A stretch of DNA of 64,000 nt from the NCBI GenBank assembly GCA_964586255.1, contig CAZPGE010000001.1:133907-197906 (forward strand). Direction: 5' to 3'. The position numbers were made by a program, and so were the translations under genes. The DNA comes from an uncultured Candidatus Saccharibacteria bacterium. GTDB lineage: Bacteria; Patescibacteriota; Minisyncoccia; Phycocordibacterales; UBA2100. The notes under the pieces are model-generated. The model saw only the letters and a list, made by a program, of their open reading frames with translations. It was not told where the DNA came from and did no database searches. Positions 1 through 9,636 of the stretch are shown one piece after another. Each line of letters starts with the position of its first letter. The first letter of the stretch is position 1.

Positions 1-995
1 TACACGTATACAAAGTCGGAACCTGTCTCGTCTTTGATAATGTCGCAAAGGCTGCGTTCATCTTCAGGATTGAGGTCTTTTTCTCCGCGTACGTCACGAC
101 CGGTTTTCTCGAAAATCTTATTTTGCGCCTCGGTGAGAGAAAGTGTCGGAGTCTTGTCTATCATGACAGGCAGTGTCGCCTGAAGGAATTCAAGCTCTTT
201 GGCGCACATCTTTTCAAGCTGCTGCAGAATATACCGTACGGTAGCCTCCGACATATCACGCACATCGTGCCAGGAATCGATAAATGCCATTTCGGCGTCG
301 AGTGAGACGATCTCGGTGAGATGGCGCGTTGTCGCGCTTGGCTCTGCGCGAAAAACTTTGTTCACAGAGAAGACGCGCTCGAAAGCAGTCATAACAATCT
401 GCTTGTAGAGCTGTGGTGACTGGGTGAGGAATGCCTTCTTGTCAAAATATTTGATTTCAAACACTTCGGCGCCACCTTCAGCTGTAGCAGGGGCGATTGC
501 TGGGGCTTGAAATTCGAAGAATTTCTGGCTCTTCATGTACTCACGGAACGAGTCGATGATGACTGCCTGCACTTTGAATATCGCCTGGAGACGCGGATGA
601 CGGAGCGTAAGCGCACGGTGATCGAGCTCGGTAGTAAGATCGAGATTAAAACCCTCTATCGACATGTCGAAAGGCAGCGGCTCGGCCTTCGCAAGGACTG
701 TCATTTCAAGCACCTCAAGCTCGATATCTCCGTTTTGTATCTTGGAATTTCTGTTCTTCTCGGGACGCTCGTTCACCTTACCCGTGATACTGACGACGTA
801 CTCGAGTCGTGTCTCCTTGGCTGTCTCTATAGCGGCACTCTGCGGCAAGACAACACCCTGTACGGTGCCGGTCATATCGCGAAAATCGAAAAAGACCATC
901 TTGCCCTGGTCGCGACGAACAGACACCCAGCCTTTGACAAGAACCTCTTCGCCGACATGCGTACCCAGATCTTCTATGTATGTGCGCTTTGTCAT
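1..995 (-). CDS. aspS: Aspartate--tRNA ligase, archaeal/type-2-like; 5' partial, gene continues past the window edge. Not in the supplied ORF track.
   Basis: My own translation of the minus strand from the ATG at 995 gives MTKRTYIEDLGTHVGEEVLVKGWVSVRRDQGKMVFFDFRD... (OB anticodon-binding fold), then class II motifs ...VFRAEPSATTRHLTEIVSLDAEMAFI... Open frame runs to position 1. Start sits 2 nt after the trpS stop. Confidence 0.8.
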   Translation of the reverse strand, partial: MTKRTYIEDLGTHVGEEVLVKGWVSVRRDQGKMVFFDFRDMTGTVQGVVLPQSAAIETAKETRLEYVVSITGKVNERPEKNRNSKIQNGDIELEVLEMTVLAKAEPLPFDMSIEGFNLDLTTELDHRALTLRHPRLQAIFKVQAVIIDSFREYMKSQKFFEFQAPAIAPATAEGGAEVFEIKYFDKKAFLTQSPQLYKQIVMTAFERVFSVNKVFRAEPSATTRHLTEIVSLDAEMAFIDSWHDVRDMSEATVRYILQQLEKMCAKELEFLQATLPVMIDKTPTLSLTEAQNKIFEKTGRDVRGEKDLNPEDERSLCDIIKDETGSDFVYV

Positions 996-997
996 AG

Positions 998-1933
998 CTA
1001 GATAGCGAGGCCTATTTTAACGCGAACATCGGCCATCTTCGCGACAGCACGCTCGCGAGCTCTGTCGGCGCCGTCTTTCAGAAAAGCGCGGACATCGTCG
1101 TCGGAAATCGAGTCACGTTTTTCACGCATGGGAGCGACAAATGCATCAATGTCTTCAATAAGCGCCTCTTTGAGGGATTTGTACTTTCCCTTGTACGACT
1201 CGTACAGTGATTGGAGCTCCCCTTCGTTGCGTACGACGCGATGAATGGCGTACACGTTTTCCGGGCGCTCGCCCGATGAGTCGGTGACGATAGACATAAC
1301 CGCATCCGCAATCTCGTCTCGAGTACCAAAAAGCGGAATCGTATTGCCATAACTCTTGCTCATCTTCTTCCCGTCAGTACCCGGCACGGTCGCAGTGGCT
1401 TCGATGATGCGCTCTTGAGGCTCTTTGAATGTCTCACCGAATGCATTGTTGAATTTGGATGCCGCTTCACGGGCGTACTCTACGTGCTGCCTTTGGTCCG
1501 CGCCGACGGGGACGATGTCTGTGTCGTAGAGAAGTATGTCGGCAGCCATGAGCATCGGGTATGCGAAGAGGCCGGCATTGGGCTCAAGACCCTTTGCGAC
1601 CTTGTCCTTGTACGCATGAGCTTGCTGGAGAAAAGGCACGGTCACGAGGCACTGAAATACCCAACCGAGCTCCGTGTGTTCTTGCACGTCGGACTGTCGG
1701 AATATGACGGCTTTTTGCGGATCAATACCTGCCGCCACGTAATCGCGCGCGATATCAAGGATGTTTTGTCGGAGCTCAGCTGGGTTCTTAAGCGTAGTGA
1801 TGGCGTGGTAATCGGCTACCATGAGCATACTGTCGTACTCGGCTGAAAGATCTATAAACGGCTTTAGTGCACCGACGTAATTGCCGATGTGGAGCGCGCC
1901 CGAAGGCTGCAGACCCGTGAAAATACGCTTCAT
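998..1933 (-). CDS. trpS: Tryptophan--tRNA ligase
   Basis: 311 aa; N-terminal GLQPSGALHIGNYVGAL (HIGH-type class I motif) and KMSKS present; TrpRS-like length. Confidence 0.93.
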   Translation of the reverse strand: MKRIFTGLQPSGALHIGNYVGALKPFIDLSAEYDSMLMVADYHAITTLKNPAELRQNILDIARDYVAAGIDPQKAVIFRQSDVQEHTELGWVFQCLVTVPFLQQAHAYKDKVAKGLEPNAGLFAYPMLMAADILLYDTDIVPVGADQRQHVEYAREAASKFNNAFGETFKEPQERIIEATATVPGTDGKKMSKSYGNTIPLFGTRDEIADAVMSIVTDSSGERPENVYAIHRVVRNEGELQSLYESYKGKYKSLKEALIEDIDAFVAPMREKRDSISDDDVRAFLKDGADRARERAVAKMADVRVKIGLAI

Positions 1934-1963
1934 AGGCGTAAATATAGCAGATTTTCCGCCTTT

Positions 1964-2860
1964 TTAGAGATTCTGCGAGACCGTCTCTGCGGAAGCGCTT
2001 GGGCGAACGTTGTACACGATAATCGCTACAAATACGGCGAGTGATAGCAAGAAGTAGTTGCCAAACCCGAGCACGTCAGTCAGGAGATCGACGAGTGCGA
2101 CAGGAATAAGCGCAAACAGAGCGAGCACATACGATGTCCCGTAGTCGTATGAGAGACCCTTGAATTTCGCGATGAGCATCACGATGAGCGCGGCAAAAAG
2201 TGCGACAAAGAGATATGCCACGACGGAAAAGCCGGTAATCAGGAAGAAAAGGAGTACCGGAAGCACGTAGAGGAATCCATTGACGAAGGGTCTAATCTTT
2301 TCGATAAAGCTCGTAACCATCGCTTTGTCGAGTGTGAAATCCTTTACCTCACTGAGGTCAACGGGGCGGAAGCTGCCCGTCGGATTCGGGACATCCTTCA
2401 GATTTTCTGCCTCAGCTTCATCTGCGACGAACAGTGTCTTTTGCGTGAGTATGACCGGCGCGTCGTACGACGTAAGCTCAGCTACGGTGACTTCGGGTCG
2501 CGTGTCGATGACGGCGAGGTATTGGGGCGATGTAGATGCAGATTCCTTGCCGGGCATGTCGATGAAGTATGGCTGCGCGACATTCGCGCTCGCTTCCCCG
2601 TCCTTTATAGTGACGACGAGCTCTGAAGGATAGATTCCAGACGCTGTATCCAAGAAATTGGTATTTACAAAAAGGATGAGGGCAATGCCGGCCGGAATAG
2701 CAATCATCAGGGCCCACACGACTGATATCCATGAGAGTACGGAGAGCGGTTTCGGTATGCGACTCGATGTTGCTTCCGTGTAGAGCTCAGGGTCGTTAAA
2801 ACTGCGTCGAATAAGTGTCGCTATGCGTGAGATGTAGTTCATATGCACATACTGTCGCAC
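1964..2860 (-). CDS. Hypothetical polytopic membrane protein
   Basis: 298 aa ORF; N-terminal TM helix, soluble middle domain, C-terminal cluster of hydrophobic helices. Confidence 0.55.
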   Translation of the reverse strand: MRQYVHMNYISRIATLIRRSFNDPELYTEATSSRIPKPLSVLSWISVVWALMIAIPAGIALILFVNTNFLDTASGIYPSELVVTIKDGEASANVAQPYFIDMPGKESASTSPQYLAVIDTRPEVTVAELTSYDAPVILTQKTLFVADEAEAENLKDVPNPTGSFRPVDLSEVKDFTLDKAMVTSFIEKIRPFVNGFLYVLPVLLFFLITGFSVVAYLFVALFAALIVMLIAKFKGLSYDYGTSYVLALFALIPVALVDLLTDVLGFGNYFLLSLAVFVAIIVYNVRPSASAETVSQNL

Positions 2861-2884
2861 GAAAGCGAGGGTTGCTCAATGCAG

Positions 2885-4507
2885 CTACGCACCCTGGATG
2901 GGGAGCTCTACAATGAAGCGCGAACCCTTGTCCTTACCCTCGGATTCGGCCCAAATCTTACCTCCGTGGCCTTCCACTATCGTCTTTGCGATGAATAGCC
3001 CGTACCCCGTCGAGTGCACGTTGACTTTGATTGATTCTGCACCTTTCCCGCCCTCGGTGAAGAGATGCTTCATATCTTCTGGCGTGATGCCGACACCCGA
3101 ATCAGAAATTGTTATACGCATAAGATTCGGCGTCCGTGCAAGCTGTATGCGCACGAAGCCCTTGAGCGTGTACTTCACGGAGTTGTCGACGAGATTTCTA
3201 ATGACATGTCGCCTGATTTTTTCTTCGTCACCAACATACATGTAGGCGCCCGTAACCGGTCTTTCAAAGGTGAGTTCAAGACCGCGCGCTTGTGCCTCTA
3301 TCTGAAGATCGCGTACGATTTCGTCTATGGCGGCTACAAGGTCAAACGTGTCTTTTTTGAACGATACTGTGCCGCGTCTCAAATTGGACGCATCAAGAAT
3401 ATCGATGACCGTGTCCACCCCCTTTCTGACATCGGCGAGCGCGAGACCTGACATGTCATGCAGTTTGGGCTGGACTTCTCCATAATCGCCCGCGAAGATG
3501 GCAGCAAATGCTGCCTCGCTCTTGGTGAGATATCCCTTTACCTCGTGACTAATGAAGTGCAAAAGACTTTCCTGCTGACGATTGATGTCCTCAAGTGCCT
3601 TTTCCTGTTTTTCGAGAATTTCTCGCTGTCGTACTTCCCGATCTACACTACGGATTAGGAGTACCCCTATGACGAGCATCACAAGAAAAAGTACCCCATC
3701 TATGACGCGGTCGCGCACATTTGCGTCGAGTAGGAGGCGCGCCAGCAAAAATATCCAAAGCGATATAGTTATAAGTTCAGTAGCGATGACCTTCACATCA
3801 AAGAGACGGTGTTTAAAGATCGCATAAGTGACGGGCAAAACCATAAACACGGTGAACACCTGTCCGAGCCAGTTAAGTGTGAAATATCCAAAATATGGCA
3901 GTGTTAGGTTGGCGACCATTGCCAGAGTCGATGCGCAGAAGTACCCGAGCAACAGATACATGATCTGCCGTTTCTTCGTAGGTTCAACGAGCAAGGTCCA
4001 TTTGCGCGCAAGGATGAAGAGGCCCAGGCCGAATAAACCGCTTATGTACGTAGCATACGCAAGGTAGAAAGGACCGAAGAAAATAATGTTCTCTCCATCA
4101 GGCACATAGACGACGGGTCCAATAATGAGTCCAGGTACAAGCGTGATAGCCACAATGGCGACATTAAGCGCCGCAATAAGCGGGAGATAGTATCTCTTAA
4201 GGGGTATCTGTGGGTGAACTTCGGGAAACAAAAGCGAGAAGTACACGAAAGTACTCGCTATGAATGTGGGAGCGACGTAAAGTCCGATAGCCCACCACTG
4301 TAGATTCTCGAATGCAATGCGGTAAATGATAATCATGACGGACCACCAGATGATGCAAGCGATATTGAACACATACACGCGGTTGGCAAATTCATCGCGC
4401 TTGCGCGAAAATATGAATACACCCAAAACGGTGTTCATCACGACACTAATCGCAACGAGCACGGTCTGGTAGTCGAGAGATATTGTGGAGAAATATGCGG
4501 ACAACAT
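2885..4507 (-). CDS. Sensor histidine kinase with a large multi-TM N-terminal sensor domain; orphan (no response regulator adjacent)
   Basis: 540 aa. About 7 hydrophobic helices in the first ~300 aa. H-box FISHEVKGYLTKSEA. HATPase_c N/G boxes NLVDNSVKYT, SDSGVGI, STGYGLFIAKTIVEGHGGKIW. Confidence 0.85.
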   Translation of the reverse strand: MLSAYFSTISLDYQTVLVAISVVMNTVLGVFIFSRKRDEFANRVYVFNIACIIWWSVMIIIYRIAFENLQWWAIGLYVAPTFIASTFVYFSLLFPEVHPQIPLKRYYLPLIAALNVAIVAITLVPGLIIGPVVYVPDGENIIFFGPFYLAYATYISGLFGLGLFILARKWTLLVEPTKKRQIMYLLLGYFCASTLAMVANLTLPYFGYFTLNWLGQVFTVFMVLPVTYAIFKHRLFDVKVIATELITISLWIFLLARLLLDANVRDRVIDGVLFLVMLVIGVLLIRSVDREVRQREILEKQEKALEDINRQQESLLHFISHEVKGYLTKSEAAFAAIFAGDYGEVQPKLHDMSGLALADVRKGVDTVIDILDASNLRRGTVSFKKDTFDLVAAIDEIVRDLQIEAQARGLELTFERPVTGAYMYVGDEEKIRRHVIRNLVDNSVKYTLKGFVRIQLARTPNLMRITISDSGVGITPEDMKHLFTEGGKGAESIKVNVHSTGYGLFIAKTIVEGHGGKIWAESEGKDKGSRFIVELPIQGA

Positions 4508-4574
4508 GCGTACATATTGTACCGTATAAAGAAGTAGGGCCGACGGGAAAATTCCATCGGCCCCAAGTGTTGTC

Positions 4575-5861
4575 TCATTCCGCCGCGGGTGCGTACGGAA
4601 TTTGAATGGGCACTAGAATCGCCTCGCACTCAGTTGCGGAAAGCTCTCTTCCGAAGGAAAAGAAAGGGAGCTCACCGATGAGTCCGAGTTTCCTGCCGTG
4701 AGCAACGATGTTGAGCGTGCGCTCTACGACGTCGTCAGTGACTTCACCAACGGCGAGGTCCGTAGGCTCGCCGGCGATAGTTGCGAGTATCGTCTCGGCC
4801 AGACAGGTGAACGTGACCGTAGGATCCTCTGTCTGGAACCCGAAATCGAAGTTGCAATTTAGTCCTGGCACTCGCGCCAGAACGTCAATGACATGCACTC
4901 CGTGCTTGGCGAGCTCAGTGCTCGTGTTGCGAGGTTGCGAGTCATCAATTACAACAGTGCCCTCAGAGAGGTGCTCGGGCTTAATTATGGTGCCCGATGC
5001 GTTCGTTACGACGGCGACGTACGCCGACTCATGAAGCGCGGAGAGATCGGTCGCAATGCGCACGCTTGCAAAGCGACCGCTCGCAATGGCTTCATTCGCC
5101 AACGCGCGGAGAGACATCTCCTTGCCGGGAATGTCGACAAGCATGAGCTCGAGGTGCGCCGGTCCGACCCACGTCCGCTTTAAGACACGCATGAGTGCCT
5201 TTCCGGTAGACCCTCCCGCCCCCACAATGGCCGTGCGCACGAGCTGTGCGTCCGGGTGCCTCTTCTCGACAAGCAGCTTGAGATACTCGGCGATCGTGTA
5301 CGCCGTGTATGCGTGACCAGTTGAGACGGCCGGTCGTTCATTGGGATCGCCCATGGCGAATCTTTTGCCGTATCCAGTCATGGACGGCAAAAGTGCCCCG
5401 AGACCGACTCGGCGTACACCCATTTTGGTTGCTAGAGCAAACAGCTCTGCGAGGTGTGCCCGGGTCTCGTTGCGTTCGCCTGTAAGCAAGAGACGTGGGG
5501 TACGTACTGTCGAAAGCAGGTACCCTTTAAATGTCGAGTCTCCAGATTGCACCTGGATTCGCGAGAGCATAATCGGCGTGATGGTCTTCGCGAACCAAAG
5601 GAGAAGTTTCTCGGCAACTCTGTACGGCAGCATATGGAAGAGATGCCGAAGCGCTGGAAATGGACGATAGATGTCGTTGTTTCCATAGACGTCGGTACCC
5701 GTGAACTTCTCGGTACGCGGATGAACCAAAAACGCGAATGTCTGATCGCGACGCATGATGGCCGAAGAAGTCGACCGAAGGACGAGCCAATCGCGACCCG
5801 CAGCGACGAGGGAGTTGACCGTACGGGCCAGCTCCCCAAAAAGAGTCTGACCCTTTGTCAT
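4575..5861 (-). CDS. NAD(P)-dependent oxidoreductase resembling cyanobacterial long-chain acyl-ACP reductase (AAR family)
   Basis: 428 aa. Motifs TGHAYTAYTIAEYL, AIVGAGGSTGKALMRVL (Rossmann) and VIDDSQPRN line up with AAR motifs TGNTHTAYVICRQ, VVGATGDIGSAVCRWL, LIDGGYPKN, recalled from memory. Confidence 0.5.
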   Translation of the reverse strand: MTKGQTLFGELARTVNSLVAAGRDWLVLRSTSSAIMRRDQTFAFLVHPRTEKFTGTDVYGNNDIYRPFPALRHLFHMLPYRVAEKLLLWFAKTITPIMLSRIQVQSGDSTFKGYLLSTVRTPRLLLTGERNETRAHLAELFALATKMGVRRVGLGALLPSMTGYGKRFAMGDPNERPAVSTGHAYTAYTIAEYLKLLVEKRHPDAQLVRTAIVGAGGSTGKALMRVLKRTWVGPAHLELMLVDIPGKEMSLRALANEAIASGRFASVRIATDLSALHESAYVAVVTNASGTIIKPEHLSEGTVVIDDSQPRNTSTELAKHGVHVIDVLARVPGLNCNFDFGFQTEDPTVTFTCLAETILATIAGEPTDLAVGEVTDDVVERTLNIVAHGRKLGLIGELPFFSFGRELSATECEAILVPIQIPYAPAAE

Positions 5862-5960
5862 GTCTGTATACCTCGTTTGCTTGATATTGTGCCCACTGTC
5901 AATGAGCCTTTAATGGTTATACAACAAGACGGGCTTTATATCAAGTTTCGGTGTGGATAC

Positions 5961-6458
5961 TTACGCCCTTGCTATCGCGAGGGCGAAATACGCACCAAGA
6001 AGCCAGTACAGTCTGTATGCATCACTGAAGACCGAGCGAAATGCGTCTCCCAGGGACCATGGGACTGTCGAATCTGGCAATTGTAGGAAGACCACGGTGA
6101 CGACTACCGCGCACGCGAGGCCCGCGATCATGGCCTGTATCGGCCGCATAGAGTCTGCACCGAAATCGACAATGCGGTAGAGCGCAATGAAAAGCCCAGC
6201 GGTGAGAGCGATAAAGACGCCGGTTTGCATGCCAGCTGAAGAGCTCTCTACATACGAGCCAATGTACGCCGCATCGTGGATTGTCTCGGAGAGCAAGAGT
6301 GCGATAGGGAGCGCTATGGCAAGCGCAGTGACGCGCGCGGGACCTGCGCGCAGCGCATCGAATGCGAGGAACAGCGCGACGCCACCAAAAATTATCCAAT
6401 CGATAGTTATCGAGGCGTATACTGATGCAAAGAACTGCGTGACGGACGATAGGTCCAT
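5961..6458 (-). CDS. Hypothetical small membrane protein
   Basis: ORF 5961..6587. The internal Met at 6458 avoids overlap with the dnaJ stop. Several hydrophobic helices. Confidence 0.45.
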   Translation of the reverse strand: MDLSSVTQFFASVYASITIDWIIFGGVALFLAFDALRAGPARVTALAIALPIALLLSETIHDAAYIGSYVESSSAGMQTGVFIALTAGLFIALYRIVDFGADSMRPIQAMIAGLACAVVVTVVFLQLPDSTVPWSLGDAFRSVFSDAYRLYWLLGAYFALAIARA

Positions 6459-6465
6459 CACGACA

Positions 6466-7545
6466 TTATAACCCTTCCGCGCGAAGGTCTTGGATGAGCT
6501 TCTTTGCAGACGAGGATAATTTCTTTGGAAATAGTATATCGATGCGGACGAGAAGGTCGCCGCGACCACCTCTCCCCTGCGGGACACCGAGTCCTTTGAC
6601 TCGAATCATCTCACCGTGCACGATTCCTGCCGCTACCGAGATTGTTGTGTCGCCATCAAGTGTTTGTATTTTGTAGTCTCCCCCAAGGAGTGCGTCGGTC
6701 AGCTTTATTTGCAGAGATGTGAGCAAGTTGTTCCCGTCGCGCGTATAGGCGGTGTCTTGTTTTACATGGAGTTTGACGTACAGGTCGCCAGAACTCCCTC
6801 CGGCAGTAGCTTCGCCGCGTCCGGGCATCCGAATCATCTCCCCATCCGATACACCTGGCGGTACGGTGATAACGATTTCCTCTTGTCGCTTCCTGACACC
6901 GGCTCCGCTACATGTCTCGCACGGAGTCTCCGGCATCTGCCCTCTCCCATTGCACTTCGGACACGCTCTCGTCGTCGTGAATGTACCGAAGAATGAGTTG
7001 CGCGTCTCTCGAATGTCGCCTTTACCATTACATGTCGAGCAGGTTACGAGAGAGGAACCTTTTTTTGCACCGCTCCCCGCACAGGTATCGCATTGACCTA
7101 CTTTCGATACGAGCACGCGTCGCTCTACGCCAAAGATGCTTTCGCGGAATGACAGCTCTATGTCGATTGATACGTCGCGACCCCTTGTTTCCGCTCGCGC
7201 GCCTCCGCCTGCGTTGAAGAACTCTCCGAATATATCGCCGAGGTCAAATTCGAACTGTTGCCCCTGGCCATTGAAGCCTTGGAAGTTGGAGAAGTCGAAA
7301 CCGTTGAACCCTCCTTGCGGTCCGCCTGCGCCGCCTCCTGCAAACGTGCGGCCATAGGTGTCGTATTCGGCACGCTTCTTCTTGTCGGAAAGTACCGCGT
7401 AGGCCTCGCTTGCTTCCTTGAATTTCTTCTCATCACCACCCTTTTTGTCGGGGTGATACTTTTGCGCAAGTTTGCGAAAAGCTTTCTTCACCTCGTCTTC
7501 TGAGGCGCTTTTTTCTATACCAAGTATCTGATAGTAGTCTTTCAT
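6466..7545 (-). CDS. dnaJ: Molecular chaperone DnaJ
   Basis: 359 aa. J-domain with HPD (KYHPDKK), G/F-rich linker, four CxxCxGxG zinc-finger repeats. Confidence 0.95.
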   Translation of the reverse strand: MKDYYQILGIEKSASEDEVKKAFRKLAQKYHPDKKGGDEKKFKEASEAYAVLSDKKKRAEYDTYGRTFAGGGAGGPQGGFNGFDFSNFQGFNGQGQQFEFDLGDIFGEFFNAGGGARAETRGRDVSIDIELSFRESIFGVERRVLVSKVGQCDTCAGSGAKKGSSLVTCSTCNGKGDIRETRNSFFGTFTTTRACPKCNGRGQMPETPCETCSGAGVRKRQEEIVITVPPGVSDGEMIRMPGRGEATAGGSSGDLYVKLHVKQDTAYTRDGNNLLTSLQIKLTDALLGGDYKIQTLDGDTTISVAAGIVHGEMIRVKGLGVPQGRGGRGDLLVRIDILFPKKLSSSAKKLIQDLRAEGL

Positions 7546-7609
7546 ATCGAGTCACATACTACTCTAAGCGCTTCTAAAGCAAAAGGGTGCCAAGCGGCAC
7601 CCTTTCTGC

Positions 7610-9478
7610 CTACTGTGACGCGCCACCCTCCGGCGGTGTCTGGTCCTGTGGGGGCTGCTGCGAGGCGGCTTGTCCTGACTGCTTTTGCATGGCCTCACCA
7701 ATCGAGCTCATGGCACTGGAGAGTGCCTCGCTCGCTGATTTGAGTGCCGCCGAGTCGTCTCCCGTTCGCGCAGACTTAAGTGCGTCTATTTTTTCCTGCA
7801 CATTCTTTCGAATGTCCTCGCTCACCTTATCGCCATGTTCCTTGAGAGCTTTCTCAGCGCTGTACATAAGTTGATCTGCACCGTTCTGCGCCTCAACGAG
7901 ATCGCGCTTCTTTTGATCTGTGTCAGCGTTCGCCTCAGCATCTTTGCGCATTTTCTCGACTTCTGCCTCGGAGAGACCCGACGAGCCTTCTATGCGGATT
8001 GATTGCTCCTTGCTCGTGGTCTTGTCCTTTGCTTTTACGGTAAGAATACCGTTGGCGTCGATATCGAAGGTGACTTCTACTTGCGGCAGGCCCCGTGGCG
8101 CGGGCGGTATACCATCGAGGTTGAATCTGCCGAGCGACTTATTGTCTGTGGCCATTGGGCGCTCGCCTTGCACCACATGAATTTCGACAGATGGCTGATT
8201 ATCGGATGCCGTCGAAAAGGTCTGCGAGCGCGATGTAGGAATCGTGGTATTGCGCTCGATAATCTTGGTAGCGACACCGCCCATCGTCTCGATACCGAGT
8301 GAAAGCGGAATAACGTCGAGGAGAAGCACGTCTTTAACATCGCCTTGCATAATGCCGCCCTGGATCGCTGCCCCAAGCGCTACGACTTCGTCCGGATTGA
8401 CGCCCATATGTGGCTTTTTGCCGAAAAACTGTTCTACAGCTTTTTGCATCGCGGGCATACGCGTTTGACCTCCCACGAGAACCACTTCGTTGATGTCACC
8501 TACTTTAAACGGCGATGCTTCAATAGCACGCTTGGTGATGGATATCGCGCGGTCGACAAACTCTGCGGACAGCTCTTCAAGCTTGGCGCGAGAGAGCCTC
8601 ACAAGCAGGTGCTGCGGTCCTGCATCGGTGGATGTGATAAATGGAATGTTTACTTCAGTCTCAAGCGCGGTCGAAAGCTCAATCTTCGCCTTTTCTGCCG
8701 CTTCGTCGAGTCGCTGGCGAGCGAGAGCATCGGTGCGCACATCGACACCGCTATCGCGCTTGAATTCGTCGGCGAGCCAGTTGATGATCTTTTGATCGAG
8801 ATCTTTGCCGCCCAAGTGCGCGTCGCCGTCGGTAGAGCGTACCTCTATCACGTCGTCGCCGACCTCAAGCACAGAGATGTCGAATGTTCCGCCGCCGAAG
8901 TCGAACACGACGATTTTCTCGTTCTTCTTTTTGTTGAATCCGTAGGCGAGAGCCGCTGCTGTCGGCTCGTTGATGATGCGCTTCACATCAAGACCCGCAA
9001 TTTTTCCTGCATCTCGAGTCGCTGCGCGCTGAGCGTCGTTGAAGTATGCCGGCACGGTGATGACGGCCTCGGTAATGGTCTCACCGAGACGCGCTTCTGC
9101 ATCCACCTTGAGCTTCTGCAAAATCATCGCGGAGACTTCCTCCGGGCGATACCACTTGTCGCCCATCTGCACTTCTATTCCGCCGTTGGCTGCTTTTCGT
9201 ATCTCAAACGGCACTGCTGACTTGTCTTTTTGGACGTTGGCCTCGTCGAAGGTGTGGCCTATGAAGCGCTTTATCTGATAGATGGTGTTTTTAGGATTGG
9301 TGACACCTTGGCGTCGCGCTATTTGACCCACCAGCCTCTCGCCTGTTTTTGAGATAGCGACAATGGACGGGGTAGTGCGACCGCCCTCCGCATTTTCGAT
9401 TATTTGAGGTTCACCACCAGAGACAACAGCCATTGCCGAGTTGGTTGTACCAAGATCTATACCGAGTATTTTAGCCAT
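7610..9478 (-). CDS. dnaK: Molecular chaperone DnaK (Hsp70)
   Basis: 622 aa. [16 protein letters not shown], Hsp70 signature motifs. Confidence 0.97.
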   Translation of the reverse strand: MAKILGIDLGTTNSAMAVVSGGEPQIIENAEGGRTTPSIVAISKTGERLVGQIARRQGVTNPKNTIYQIKRFIGHTFDEANVQKDKSAVPFEIRKAANGGIEVQMGDKWYRPEEVSAMILQKLKVDAEARLGETITEAVITVPAYFNDAQRAATRDAGKIAGLDVKRIINEPTAAALAYGFNKKKNEKIVVFDFGGGTFDISVLEVGDDVIEVRSTDGDAHLGGKDLDQKIINWLADEFKRDSGVDVRTDALARQRLDEAAEKAKIELSTALETEVNIPFITSTDAGPQHLLVRLSRAKLEELSAEFVDRAISITKRAIEASPFKVGDINEVVLVGGQTRMPAMQKAVEQFFGKKPHMGVNPDEVVALGAAIQGGIMQGDVKDVLLLDVIPLSLGIETMGGVATKIIERNTTIPTSRSQTFSTASDNQPSVEIHVVQGERPMATDNKSLGRFNLDGIPPAPRGLPQVEVTFDIDANGILTVKAKDKTTSKEQSIRIEGSSGLSEAEVEKMRKDAEANADTDQKKRDLVEAQNGADQLMYSAEKALKEHGDKVSEDIRKNVQEKIDALKSARTGDDSAALKSASEALSSAMSSIGEAMQKQSGQAASQQPPQDQTPPEGGASQ

Positions 9479-9576
9479 AGTGATGTATTTCTTTGATTAA
9501 ATGCACTTTTACGACTTTTTGTTCGTACTACACCGCCCACACTATACGTATCCTTATAATTTGGTGCAATTCGCAA

Positions 9577-9612
9577 CTCCAGTAAATTCACCAATTGGTG
9601 TATTTACAGGAG
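9577..9612. promoter_or_regulatory. 36-bp near-palindromic operator candidate (copy A) upstream of dnaK: CTCCAGTAAATTCACCAATTGGTGTATTTACAGGAG
   Basis: Imperfect inverted repeat centred on CCAATTGG. Nearly identical copies at 10244..10279 and 51291..51326. About 100 nt upstream of the dnaK ATG. Confidence 0.6.
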
Positions 9613-9636
9613 CGATAGGTTCATTGTAGTCAGAGA

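Noticed and set aside
507-1005. Plus-strand ORFs 507..1001 and 664..1005 (164 and 113 aa)
   Set aside because: They are antisense to the minus-strand AspRS coding sequence, which has clear class II synthetase motifs. No protein features.
8345-9220. 291-aa plus-strand ORF inside dnaK
   Set aside because: Antisense to dnaK (Hsp70 motifs unambiguous on the minus strand). Cys/Arg-rich low-complexity translation.
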